DNA from: Candidatus Poribacteria bacterium
GTDB taxonomy: Bacteria > Poribacteria > WGA-4E > PCPOR2b
Direction: 5' to 3'
DNA length: 64,000 bases
Assembly: GCA_965215015.1 (NCBI GenBank)
Contig: OZ244042.1
Location: forward strand, 768,001-832,000
The notes beneath the pieces were generated by a model. It was not told where the DNA came from and did not search any database. It saw nothing but the letters and a program-made list of their open reading frames with translations. Shown one piece after another: positions 37,468 to 47,318 of the stretch. Within the stretch, counting starts at the first letter, position 1; the number at the start of each line of letters is the position of its first letter. The position numbers were made by a program, and so were the translations under genes.

Positions 37468-39099
37468 TTGCCATCAATAAAACTTCGACTCTCTAAAAGG
37501 CAGCTTATTATCCTTTGTGCAATCGTCATCCTCCTGCTCCTGATTATGCTGGTTTATCATCAGACCTCTCTCTGGGAGCCGGGTCAGAGTCTCTTTACTT
37601 TCCTCCCCGATGCACCAATCTGCTATGTAAGTGTGAAGGACCTTGGAAGCTTCATCGAGACCTTTCAACGGAGTGAATTTGGGGTGCAAACGGCCCAGAT
37701 GCCCATCCTTGCAGAGATTCGTAGGGAATTCTGGTGGCGGCGGCTCATGTATCAGAAGCAGCGGTGGGAGTTGGAAATGGGTGGGAAACTCGACCTCAAC
37801 CGGCTGCGAGGATACTTGGGTGAAGAAGCGATCTTGAGTATCTATAAGCGGAACGGTAAAATTTCATTTCTGCTCATCACCGCCCTCGGAGCGCAGCAAA
37901 AACTGGAAATTGTCACACTCACTGCGACAGCATCCATCAACCCTAAATACAAACGGTTGAAAGAGAATTATAGAAAACTGGAAATCAATACTATCACAGG
38001 CTATCCACAAGATTTCAGCTATGCCTTTATTGGCAAGATTGGTCTGTTAGCAACAGATAAATCCTTGATCCAGGATACGGTTGACATCTACGCTGAACAG
38101 AAGCAGAGCTTTACCGCGCTAGCGGCTACGGGAGACTATCTGGGCAAACAGTATGAAACCGCTCGTAACACCATCTATATTAATCCCGCCAAATTTACTG
38201 AAGTTTTTAAGTTTGCCCCATCCCTCAAATCATTATTACAGGGAATCGATGTGTGGACGTTCAGCAATCGCTACGAGGATGGCGTTATCTACTCACAACA
38301 CCGAATGATTAGGAACACCGATTCGCAATCCCGACAATCCCCACGTTTGATAGACGAAAAACTGTTTTCGATGCTTCCCGCAACAACCGCATTTCTGATT
38401 GCAAATAATGATGCAAACTTCACAGGGTTGTGGCAACAGGCGAAAACAAATTTGCCCTTGAAATATCAGGGAAATGAGATTGATTTATCGCGTCATCTTG
38501 AAGCTAGAACTGCGCTGGCATTGTTCCCTCCCCCGGCAGGTGTCCCCGCGTTAGTGCCTTCGGTGCTCCTGATTTGCCCAATTCAGGACCGAGCGAACTT
38601 AGAAGCGGCTTTAACAAAATTTAAGCGGACCAAGATTTCTATCAACGGTAAACCGATCCGATTTCCACCTCCGGTAAAGCATCGAGACATTGAGCTACAA
38701 CCGATACAACTTCAACTTGGTCTCATCTTCGCCCTAAAGGGAGGATATGCGCTTCTCGATAACTACTGGGTCGTCGGCACAACGCTCGGCGGAGTGAAGT
38801 CTGCTATCAACGCCTCCACTGGGCAAGAGGTTGCGCTGGCTGATACGAAAATGCCGGATTACTTACAGCGTCCAAGCCACAGTCATATCCGGATTCAACC
38901 GAGCCTTTTGGTTCCGGAATTGAAACGTCTGCTTCCGATCGCCAGTTTGATGTTTCCACAACAGATTGAGGCAAAACTGATTCGGCGCATAATGGATAAC
39001 CTATCCCCATTGGAAGCACTCGGATTGGTCACCGCCGGCATCAATTTCAACGATGATTTTGTGGAGGCCGAAGTTCAGATCACTTTGGAAGGACAGTAA
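37468..39099 (+). CDS. Membrane-anchored hypothetical protein (DUF3352-like)
   Basis: N-terminal TM anchor followed by two repeats beginning FLPDAP / MLPATT, a pattern seen in DUF3352 proteins. The family call is tentative. Confidence 0.6.
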   Translation: MPSIKLRLSKRQLIILCAIVILLLLIMLVYHQTSLWEPGQSLFTFLPDAPICYVSVKDLGSFIETFQRSEFGVQTAQMPILAEIRREFWWRRLMYQKQRWELEMGGKLDLNRLRGYLGEEAILSIYKRNGKISFLLITALGAQQKLEIVTLTATASINPKYKRLKENYRKLEINTITGYPQDFSYAFIGKIGLLATDKSLIQDTVDIYAEQKQSFTALAATGDYLGKQYETARNTIYINPAKFTEVFKFAPSLKSLLQGIDVWTFSNRYEDGVIYSQHRMIRNTDSQSRQSPRLIDEKLFSMLPATTAFLIANNDANFTGLWQQAKTNLPLKYQGNEIDLSRHLEARTALALFPPPAGVPALVPSVLLICPIQDRANLEAALTKFKRTKISINGKPIRFPPPVKHRDIELQPIQLQLGLIFALKGGYALLDNYWVVGTTLGGVKSAINASTGQEVALADTKMPDYLQRPSHSHIRIQPSLLVPELKRLLPIASLMFPQQIEAKLIRRIMDNLSPLEALGLVTAGINFNDDFVEAEVQITLEGQ

Positions 39100-39115
39100 C
39101 TGATACAAGCTGAGG

Positions 39116-39282
39116 GGGGAGTGGGCATAATTGGAGACGCATTATAGCAGAATTCAGAGGAGGGGACCTGGGTCAATCGTAGAGGCTTGGTTCCTACGCC
39201 TGATGGGTTGGGAGACCCAACCCCTACGCATTGAGAGGTATTAAGAGATAAACACATCAAAACCTATTTATGAGCACCCCTC
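39116..39282. mobile_element. 167-bp MITE, family 2 (degenerate left end)
   Basis: Right end TTATGAGCACCCCTC; left end GGGGAGTGGGCATAA (11/15). Flanks AGCTGAGG / AGCTAAGA (6/8, decayed TSD). Internal GTAG...CTAC REP-like unit at 39179-39227. Confidence 0.65.
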
Positions 39283-39323
39283 AGCTAAGAGATCTGTCCC
39301 TTGAATTTGACTCAGGAGTTGCT

Positions 39324-40469
39324 ATGGAAAATCAAGAAATCAAAATTATACATGTCGAAAGTGAACTCTACCAATGGGATAAACCACCAATCTGGAACGG
39401 TCTGCATATCTATGACACAGGTAGACTTCATCTGGTGCGAGTGCGGGCGATAAGTGGGGCAGAGGAGGTTGTCGGCTACGGCTTCAATGGAGGCACAGCA
39501 GCGACGCGACCGCTTCAGATGTTCCCAATGTATGTCGACCAGTTCAGACCACAGCTGATAGGAAGATCCCCCATAGATACCGCGTATGTGTCTCAATTGG
39601 CGGATAATTTTAAGATATACGGTCCAGGGGGCTATCACACACAGGTACTGGCTGCAATCAATCAGGCATGTTGGGATATCAAGGGGAAAGTCGCGGGAAA
39701 GTCGGTTCACCAGTTACTAGATGGTCAACAGCGACGGATTCGAGCGTATATTGCGGGTGGATACTACGGTAAAGATAAAGGGCTCGATGAGTTGAGAGAA
39801 GAGATGGATCGTAATGTCAACGAGTTTTTTGCAACCGCCGTCAAGATGAAGATCGGGGACAGAGACGCGGGCCTAGACAATGACATCAAACGGATAGAGG
39901 CGGCGCGGCAGCAGGTTGGACCCGATATTACCTTGATGGTAGATGCCAACTGTGCACTGAGCCTTGAGGGAGCGATGGCTTATCTCCCTGTGCTGAAAGC
40001 AAACGATATCTTCTGGTTTGAAGAGCCGATTCCCAGTCACGATTACCGAGGGCATAAAGAATTGGCTGCAATTGCTAAAGATTACGATGTCCTAATCGCA
40101 ACGGGTGAAAACGGCTACGGGGCTCATCACTTTCAAACGTTGATCGATTATCAGGGAGCAGATGTTTTTAATATTGATGTCGCGATCTTAGCCGGTTACG
40201 AACCTGCCTTAGCGGTGGTGGAAGAATCTGCAACCCATCAGAAGTTGATTGCGCCCCATGGGGCGCAGGAACTTCAGGTGCATATCGCAGCGGCGCGCCA
40301 AAACGGTTTGATGCTTGAATACTATCCGCCTGCCGTGGATCCGCTGAGGGGTGAAATCTTTCTGCCGCAAATGTCATTGGAAAAGGATGGATACGTAACG
40401 GTGCCACAGAAACCGGGAATCGGTTTTGAACCGAACATGGCTCTCCTTGAGCAGCATCGTATCGGATGA
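39324..40469 (+). CDS. Mandelate racemase/muconate lactonizing enzyme family protein
   Basis: ACWDIKGK, AYIAGGYY, KMKIG, MVDAN, WFEEP, TGEN, PGIG; AGGAG RBS before ATG 39324. Confidence 0.9.
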   Translation: MENQEIKIIHVESELYQWDKPPIWNGLHIYDTGRLHLVRVRAISGAEEVVGYGFNGGTAATRPLQMFPMYVDQFRPQLIGRSPIDTAYVSQLADNFKIYGPGGYHTQVLAAINQACWDIKGKVAGKSVHQLLDGQQRRIRAYIAGGYYGKDKGLDELREEMDRNVNEFFATAVKMKIGDRDAGLDNDIKRIEAARQQVGPDITLMVDANCALSLEGAMAYLPVLKANDIFWFEEPIPSHDYRGHKELAAIAKDYDVLIATGENGYGAHHFQTLIDYQGADVFNIDVAILAGYEPALAVVEESATHQKLIAPHGAQELQVHIAAARQNGLMLEYYPPAVDPLRGEIFLPQMSLEKDGYVTVPQKPGIGFEPNMALLEQHRIG

Positions 40470-40606
40470 GATTTAAGATAACAATTCAAAGAGTTGATTT
40501 TATCAATCGTTCGCAATACAATGCGGTGCTTGTGCCGGCAGATAAAGCGTCCGGGCAACTTGTTAAATCAGCAGGAATGGAAATCTAATGATATAAGGAG
40601 GCTAAG

Positions 40607-41371
40607 ATGAGTTTAACAAATACACAAAAAGTGGATTATGAACGTGATGGATTTGTGATTTATGGGCCCATGCTATCAGAGGACAGGTTAGAAGTCCTGC
40701 GTGAGCGTGTGGATGCCTTGGCAGACGGTTCGCATCCCAATGCGGAGAAGGCAGGAGTGAGGCTGGAAGCTGCTGCTCAGAGAGGTGAACTTGAGGACGT
40801 GCTCCGTCGTGACAAGGTTTGGCAACTTTTAGACCCCCACCGTTACGATGAAGTGATTTTTGATCATGCCCGTAACCCGAAAATCCTAGACATCGTTTCG
40901 GAGCTGCTTGGTACGGAGGATATCAAACTATTCCACACCCAAACCTTGATGAAGCCTGCTTTCCATGGTTCAATTGTTTCTTGGCATCAGGATTCGGCTT
41001 ACTGGACTTCCGTGGATCCGCCGACACTTGTGAGTTGCTGGACAGCGTTGGACGATGCGACGGAAGAGAACGGTTGTGTGCGGTTGCTACCCGGCAGTTA
41101 CAAAAAGGGACTTTGGCCCCATGAACGACGAGATTTCCTGCACGCTCAAGGCATAGACGAATCAACGGCGGTTCCAGTGGTGTTGAAGGCTGGTGGATGT
41201 AGTTTTCATCACAGTTTGACCATTCACGGCAGTGGCGAAAATCGCACGCCACATCGCCGTCGGGGACTTGCGACCAGTTACATGCGAGCGGATTCTAAGT
41301 GGGTTGGCGATCCAGATCAAAAACGGGATTTCCCACTCTTGCGAGGCAGGGAATACCCTGGCCGTGTTTGA
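40607..41371 (+). CDS. PhyH family Fe(II)/2OG dioxygenase
   Basis: YERDGF, MKPA, WHQD, WTALDDATEENGC, TIHGSGEN..RRR. Confidence 0.92.
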   Translation: MSLTNTQKVDYERDGFVIYGPMLSEDRLEVLRERVDALADGSHPNAEKAGVRLEAAAQRGELEDVLRRDKVWQLLDPHRYDEVIFDHARNPKILDIVSELLGTEDIKLFHTQTLMKPAFHGSIVSWHQDSAYWTSVDPPTLVSCWTALDDATEENGCVRLLPGSYKKGLWPHERRDFLHAQGIDESTAVPVVLKAGGCSFHHSLTIHGSGENRTPHRRRGLATSYMRADSKWVGDPDQKRDFPLLRGREYPGRV

Positions 41372-41376
41372 ACGGA

Positions 41377-42279
41377 TTAAATAGTAAACGAAGCAGTGTG
41401 GATGCAAAAGCCAAGACTTTCATATAGATTCACCGCTGCGGTGCGATAAAATTGGGTGCCAACTTCCGTCGCGGCGATGCCCCGGTCGTGCAGATAATTC
41501 AGAGAACTAACCATCAGTGCTCTGCCGAGGCCGACACCTCTGTGGTCTTCATGGACGCCTGTCCAACCGATGCCGCCGGGGAACGTTCCGCTAATCTTTT
41601 TCCGATCATGGAGAACGATACCCGCACAGATGCCGACAGGCTCTCCGTCCTTTTCGGCAAAGAAGAATCCCTCCGGGGCAAAGTCCAATCGCTTGTTGAC
41701 ACCCAAGAAGGTTTGGGTCCAGAACTCCTCTGATGTCGATGAACTGCCAAACACTGCATTCTTGACTTCCGCCCAGGTTTGCTCATCGTTCTCTCGAAAT
41801 GTTCGCAGATTATACCCCCCTTGAATTGGGGGCGGCTGCGGCGTGTAGTCTCGCATGTTGAGACGCAGGATAAGCTGGTCGTGTTCAACTTCAATGCTCT
41901 CTCGCTCAAAATAGCTCAACATCTGACGATAAGGGGCGTCCAGCCAATTCGCTATGCCAATCCGTTTCGCACCCTTATCCTTTAGGAAGTTGATACATGC
42001 CCGCATCGGGGGAAGGCTGCGGCACTCGCCCCGGAAGTCGTCGGGTACACCCGTCCAACGGATTTCTCCCAACCCCTCCTCTACCATAGAGCTATATGCG
42101 AAACTGATCAGCTCGCCATCCATAGAACCGAGCGCGAAGATACCCGATTGTTCCAGTGCGCTCAAATCAGCCGCCGTGAGCGGCTGGAATCCGTGCACAT
42201 CGTCATAAGTATCATTTATCAAGGAGAGCACCGTGTTTCGATTTTTTGCGTTTAGTTTTTCGATGGTCAGGTGATCCAT
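41377..42279 (-). CDS. Tandem GNAT acetyltransferase (MshD-like architecture)
   Basis: GVHEDHRGVGLGRAL (motif A), AVNLYESLGF and a degenerate N-terminal GNAT domain. Confidence 0.85.
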   Translation of the reverse strand: MDHLTIEKLNAKNRNTVLSLINDTYDDVHGFQPLTAADLSALEQSGIFALGSMDGELISFAYSSMVEEGLGEIRWTGVPDDFRGECRSLPPMRACINFLKDKGAKRIGIANWLDAPYRQMLSYFERESIEVEHDQLILRLNMRDYTPQPPPIQGGYNLRTFRENDEQTWAEVKNAVFGSSSTSEEFWTQTFLGVNKRLDFAPEGFFFAEKDGEPVGICAGIVLHDRKKISGTFPGGIGWTGVHEDHRGVGLGRALMVSSLNYLHDRGIAATEVGTQFYRTAAVNLYESLGFCIHTASFTI

Positions 42280-42290
42280 TTTTTATCCTT

Positions 42291-42666
42291 TAGGACTTAC
42301 GCAGTTGAACCTTCAAAGGAAACACCAAACACTACTGCGCGACTGTCCAGGTAGGTTGAGCCAGGATTATGGCGCAATGGTCATGGTATCTTTCGGTGAC
42401 TCATCACCGGACAATACACTTCACGATGCCCGATGAATCGGGCAGCTCCAGTTCAGCAGACAGGAGTCGGCACACTCCACGTGCCCTCCCCCTGCTTGCG
42501 GGGGGATAGAGGGGGGTAATCCCGAATACCCACACAGTTCTCTTCCCCCTGCTTGCGAGGGGCTAAGGGGGAACACCCCGCCGGGTATTTAGCGGGGAAG
42601 GGGGTTATATGCCGTATGCATACTACTCTCGGGCGATTTATCGTCAAATCAAGTGCGTAACTCCTA
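42291..42666 (+). mobile_element. 376-bp composite MITE, family 1
   Basis: TAGGACTTACGCAGTTGA...TCAAGTGCGTAACTCCTA inverted ends. Contains GCCCGATGAATCGGGC, GGAGTCGGCACACTCC and two CCCCCTGCTTGCG(G/A)GGGG hairpins. Confidence 0.78.
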
Positions 42667-42692
42667 AAGACAAGAGAATAAGACACCCATTT

Positions 42693-44816
42693 TCATACTC
42701 CCATCTCAATGACGATATTCCTCCATTCATCCCGCCGCGCCTTACAGTGTGGTGGAACTAGAATTGTCGTGTCATACTCCTCGACGATGAACGGTCCATC
42801 TTCAGACTCCCTTCCCAGTCCTTCACGAGATAACACCGGCACCTCCAGCCAACCCGTCTCCCTACCAAAGTAACAACGGCGGTTTGGGGGTAAGGTTTGA
42901 GAGCTTGGAGGTTGGAGATATGAGAACGGGGACTTGGCTGTTGGGATGATAGCGGTCAGGCGTAGGTTGACAACCTCTATTGGGTCATCGGGTGCGCGGT
43001 GTCCGTAGGTACGCTCGTGGTCGGCGGCAAACCGCTCGCCCAATATGTGGAAAAACTGCGGCTGTCCGATCCGAACTTGTCGGAATCCTGACCTATCGGG
43101 ATCTAAGTCAACGATGGGCAGCGTCAATTCGGACGATTGTCCTGCATAGCGGAGGTCTACGGCACGCTGCAGGATAAGTTGTGTCGCGGTTTCGCCTTCT
43201 GCCATCAACCCTTCCCGTGCCGAGGCTTCCAGGCGTTCCAGTGTCTCCTTGAACTCGCCTGCGTTAAGCTCAGTGAGTAAACGCTTGTAGGTTTGGACTA
43301 GGTGATAGGCGATGTCCGCGTAAAGTAACCCGAAGGCACTGAAAAGTCCGGGGGAGGGGGGAATGAGGATTCGCTTTATGCCGAGCGATTCTGCCAACTC
43401 TGTCGCGTGTAGGGGACCGTTGCCGCCGAAAGCACACAGTACGAACTCGCGTGGATCGCGTCCGCGCTCCAATGACACCGCTCGTGCCGCCCGCGCCATG
43501 TTCGCTGCGGCGATACGATAGACCCCATGAGCGGCGTCGGATACCTCCAAGTTGAGTGGAGTCGCAATTTTGTCGTGTAAGGTTTGATATGCTTTCTCTG
43601 CGTTCAGCGGCAGCGCGCCCCCTGCGAGGTGCTCTGGATTGAGATAGCCGAGCACTACATTGGCGTCGGTGAGCGTCGGTTCTTCTCCACCCAACGCATA
43701 ACAGGCAGGGCCAGGCACCGCCCCCGCGCTTTGCGGACCAACCCGTAATGCCCCACCCGTGTCTAGATATACGATACTCCCACCACCAGCACCGACCTCA
43801 GCGATGTCAATTGCGGGTACACGTAATGGATAACCACCCCCTTTGCTCAAACGGGTGCCAACCGAAACCCCGCCACCAACTTGGTATTCCGGCGAGTGCG
43901 TGATCTGGCCATCTTCGATTAGCGATGCCTTTGCCGTAGTACCACCCATGTCGAGCGTCAAAACGTTAGTTAAACCAACACGCTCAGCAAGCGTGAGCGA
44001 GGCGATGACCCCCGCCGCTGGTCCCGATTCGATGATATGAATGGGTATCTCAGCAGCGGATTCAGCGGACATGACCCCGCCGTTGGATTGCATGACATAG
44101 AGTGGGAGAGCGTTATCTGTGCGGGTCAATTGTTGGTTCAGTCGGTCGGACAGCGAGTGCAGGTAGTGGCTGACGACGGGTTGTAGGTAAGCGTTGATAA
44201 CAGTCGTGCTCGTTCGCTCATACTCTTTGATTTCGGGTAGGACATCACAAGACAGGGAAACGGGTAGGTCGGGTGCCAGTTCGTGGATGAGTTCACCCAA
44301 CTGCCGCTCGTGGGCGGGATTGATGTAGGCGTTGATGAGGCAAACTGCGAGAGATTCAATATTTTGCGCTAGCATCCATCGAATGACCTCCCGTGCCCCG
44401 TCAACATCCAACGGCTGCACAATCTCACCGTTCGCACCGACACGCTCCTCAACCTCCCGTCGTAAACGTCTCAACGCCAATGGGAGCGGCTTCTCCCACG
44501 TCAAGTCGTACAAGCGAGGGTAGCGTAGTCGTCCAATCTCAAGTACGTCCCGGAAGCCGTTCGTTGTGATCAACCCGGTCAAAGCACCTTTGCGCTCTAG
44601 AATCGTGTTGGTCGCCACCGTTGTGCCGTGCACTACCTCGCTAATTTGACAAGGCAGCAGCGGTGCCAAGCCCGCAACTATGCCTTGTGCGTAATTGTCT
44701 GGCGTGGAGGGTACCTTTTGTGTCAGCACCGTACCATCATCCCCGATCAGCACAATGTCGGTGAAGGTGCCACCGATGTCAATGCCAAGGCGGTGTGTCT
44801 TTTGAGTCAAATTCAT
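42693..44816 (-). CDS. Hydantoinase A / 5-oxoprolinase family, ATP-binding subunit
   Basis: GIDIGGTFTD, HGTTVATN, EYERTSTT, SGPAAG, DMGGTT, GAGGGS, FGGNG. Confidence 0.93.
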   Translation of the reverse strand: MNLTQKTHRLGIDIGGTFTDIVLIGDDGTVLTQKVPSTPDNYAQGIVAGLAPLLPCQISEVVHGTTVATNTILERKGALTGLITTNGFRDVLEIGRLRYPRLYDLTWEKPLPLALRRLRREVEERVGANGEIVQPLDVDGAREVIRWMLAQNIESLAVCLINAYINPAHERQLGELIHELAPDLPVSLSCDVLPEIKEYERTSTTVINAYLQPVVSHYLHSLSDRLNQQLTRTDNALPLYVMQSNGGVMSAESAAEIPIHIIESGPAAGVIASLTLAERVGLTNVLTLDMGGTTAKASLIEDGQITHSPEYQVGGGVSVGTRLSKGGGYPLRVPAIDIAEVGAGGGSIVYLDTGGALRVGPQSAGAVPGPACYALGGEEPTLTDANVVLGYLNPEHLAGGALPLNAEKAYQTLHDKIATPLNLEVSDAAHGVYRIAAANMARAARAVSLERGRDPREFVLCAFGGNGPLHATELAESLGIKRILIPPSPGLFSAFGLLYADIAYHLVQTYKRLLTELNAGEFKETLERLEASAREGLMAEGETATQLILQRAVDLRYAGQSSELTLPIVDLDPDRSGFRQVRIGQPQFFHILGERFAADHERTYGHRAPDDPIEVVNLRLTAIIPTAKSPFSYLQPPSSQTLPPNRRCYFGRETGWLEVPVLSREGLGRESEDGPFIVEEYDTTILVPPHCKARRDEWRNIVIEMGV

Positions 44817-44886
44817 CTTACGGTTCCTCGTTCATTAGCGGTATTCCTTCTGAAACGGCTCTGGACTCATCTGCGTTGGTACCCAC

Positions 44887-45285
44887 ATGGCTGCCAAACT
44901 AACGGTCAATCAAGCCGCTCAAAAATTGAATCTTTCATCTAAGAACGTCAAGTGCTGGCTCAAGGATGGCAAGCTAAACGGTAAAAAGGTAAAGGGGAAA
45001 TGGCGTGTTCAAGCTGATAGCACATTTGAACACTACCTAAATGCCGGTGGCACCCAGATGGATATCCATCTATCCATTGATCAACTGAAGGCTGAAACGA
45101 AACATTTGCGCGAGTTATTGGCGAACAGGGACGAACAAATTGAATCCATGAGTCAGCAGATAGAACGTCTCTCTCAACTGTTGGCTGTCTCCCATAGGTC
45201 GCTCCAACAGGTTACGGATCAGTATCACCTATTGATAGAAGATAATCGAAAGCGGTCTTTCTGGAAACGTCTGTTCGGCGGTTAA
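44887..45285 (+). CDS. Helix-turn-helix (excisionase/MerR-like) protein with coiled coil and amphipathic C-terminal helix
   Basis: LTVNQAAQKLNLSSKNVKCWLKDGKL..KKVKGKWRV, a heptad-rich middle region, and the terminus KRSFWKRLFGG. Confidence 0.75.
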   Translation: MAAKLTVNQAAQKLNLSSKNVKCWLKDGKLNGKKVKGKWRVQADSTFEHYLNAGGTQMDIHLSIDQLKAETKHLRELLANRDEQIESMSQQIERLSQLLAVSHRSLQQVTDQYHLLIEDNRKRSFWKRLFGG

Positions 45286-45334
45286 TTATCGGTTCTTCTT
45301 TGAATCGCCTACATTGGTCAGTGGAGCATCGCAT

Positions 45335-45544
45335 TTGTCTGAATCTGGATTGACAAGATTTCAGGATTTGGGGACATGTCTTTTCTTATCCCTATATCAC
45401 TTGGATAGCCATATCCAAGCTTTTCCTTGTTCTCCCAGATGAACACTTTCAGATTAATTCCTCTATCTTTTGCCAAAAGTAGCAGAAGTTGGGCGATTTG
45501 TTCGTTTCTACATTCATGTGTAGGGCGATGCATTCTGCCCCTGC
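45335..45544. repeat. TTGTCTGAATC/GGATT repeat (45335-45369) and a REP-like palindrome (45520-45544)
   Basis: TTGTCTGAATCTGGATTGACAAGATTTCAGGATT; GTAGGGCGATGCATTCTGCCCCTGC. Confidence 0.55.
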
Positions 45545-45579
45545 TGATTTTTCCCTGCCAACCGATCTCCAACCATCCT

Positions 45580-46408
45580 TATCGATTTGGTCTATCCCCG
45601 GAATCTTATCGGCGATTCCTTCTAGAATCGCCTTGAAACGTTCTGGATGCTCATGTTCCATAAATTGCATGACATTACTGAGGTTATCGCCATGGATATT
45701 GAGATGTTGCTGGGGGCCCACCAGTGGGCGGGCTGCGTGCAGCGTCTGGAGTAAAGTAACTCAGATGCCAACTTTCGATGAAGCGGCGAAAAGCAGAAAT
45801 TTTCGGGTGTTGTTTTTAAGCACCGAGTGTGGCAATGCCGAGCTTGCGTCGATCTTCCAACTCGATAATCTCGATCTCGTCAGATTCTTCTGCTGTTATT
45901 AATTTTATAAGTTCAAAGAAATTGGGTAGTTCCACTTCTTCGTCAATCTGGCATCCTTCCTCTTCCTCCCTCCACGCCAGCCCCTTCCCATCATCGAGAA
46001 ATCAAAAGAAAAACGGGCGACCGTATCTCTGGCCTTTTCGTCCCCGTCTGAGACGTTCTCGCAGGAGGTAGGGGTGTCCAGACTCGTCTGTCGCTATGTC
46101 AAGCTGATATGTAGTGGGGCGTGCATTCCTATGTTCCGGGTAATACACATCGAATCCGATGGGCCCGTCTCACCTTGCGTCCGTATTTTCTCAAAGCCGC
46201 CGCGCCCTCGCGCATCGCAAGCTTCCTCAACGCCGGATTTAAGAGCGTCAGCAAGGAACCCAAAGGCATCGCATAGGACAGTTTTCCCAACCCCATCTTT
46301 GCCAATAACTACTGTCATAGGGGTGAGTGGTTGTTTTTTTCGTTAGTGCCACAAGCGGCCCAATGTCACATCCTTGAGTACTTCTCTGAATCCTCCTATC
46401 CTTGCCAT
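45580..46408 (-). pseudogene. AAA/ABC-like ATPase (AAA_21/AbiEii-type), decayed and 3'-truncated
   Basis: Fragments in different frames: MARIGGFR, VVIGKDGVGKT (Walker A), DAFGFLADAL..RGRGGFEKIR, WHLSYFTPDAARS, HLNIHGDNLSNV..KIPGIDQID. No signature or Walker B half is present. Confidence 0.72.
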
Positions 46409-46434
46409 TTTGCAGCCCTCATTTAATATACACG

Positions 46435-47265
46435 CTAAATGCTAGTCTTAATATTATTTGCATCCTGCGATACATCCAACCGTTGCCTATTATGCTGCAC
46501 TGCATCGGGGAAATTCCCTTTCAGATGGTCAAGAACCTCCTCAATAGGGCATTCGCACCGCAAATTAGCAAACGGAAATTCCCCCGTTTTCCGGAATAGC
46601 GCATCGTTCCGGGCGTGGAAATCTCCCAGACGGCTTGTGAACTGTCCCCAGTGCCCCATGGTATATCGAACTTCAGCTCTCGGCACTGCACTCTGTTTCC
46701 AACGCTCTGGAAACAGTTTCTGAAATGGTGGAACGGAATTAAGCCAACTCCCGCAACGGACGATTTCGACCTCGGGACGCCTGACCTGAGAATCCTCCAA
46801 CAACCGGATGAGGGAGGCGGCAAACGGAACCCACATATCGCTCAGAGGCGATCGGGGTTGATAGACGTTCAGGATGTGGATGTTAAGCTGATCTGCCCCG
46901 TAGTCGTAACTCCAGCACTCGTAGGGCCGTGTCTCCGGTGATGGGAGCGCATCCGGGCATTTCCTCAGGTATGGCGACAATAGGTCTAACCCCGCTGCTT
47001 CAAGCTGCTCGGTGGAGGGTTCATCTATATAATGGTCGAAAATCGTCCGCAGTCCTTCCAGAATCTCTTTCCACTTCGGACCGACCTCCTCACTGGATGG
47101 GTGGTGTTTGCCATCGTAAAGCCACGTGTTCCGGTAAATATTTACCTGACCGCTCACCAACCCTTCAAAGTCACTTTCCCCTTCGCAAAAACGTTTATGG
47201 ACAAACCAGAGACTGAGTTTGGTAAATTCTCTCACATAGTTGATGTGTATCGAGTCATGTTGCAA
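46435..47265 (-). CDS. Hypothetical protein, possibly with a GNAT-like C-terminal domain
   Basis: Long ORF with an AGGAGG RBS before TTG 47265. The LNIHI...CGSWLN pattern is reminiscent of GNAT-like C-terminal domains (tentative). Confidence 0.65.
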   Translation of the reverse strand: MQHDSIHINYVREFTKLSLWFVHKRFCEGESDFEGLVSGQVNIYRNTWLYDGKHHPSSEEVGPKWKEILEGLRTIFDHYIDEPSTEQLEAAGLDLLSPYLRKCPDALPSPETRPYECWSYDYGADQLNIHILNVYQPRSPLSDMWVPFAASLIRLLEDSQVRRPEVEIVRCGSWLNSVPPFQKLFPERWKQSAVPRAEVRYTMGHWGQFTSRLGDFHARNDALFRKTGEFPFANLRCECPIEEVLDHLKGNFPDAVQHNRQRLDVSQDANNIKTSI

Positions 47266-47318
47266 GGTGCACTTCCTCCTGCTGATAATTGTTCTGTTCA
47301 CTGCATGACGCGGGTAGG

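Noticed and set aside
42453-42686. 77-aa ORF with a repeated PRKQGE peptide
   Set aside because: It is the translation of tandem hairpins inside the family-1 MITE.
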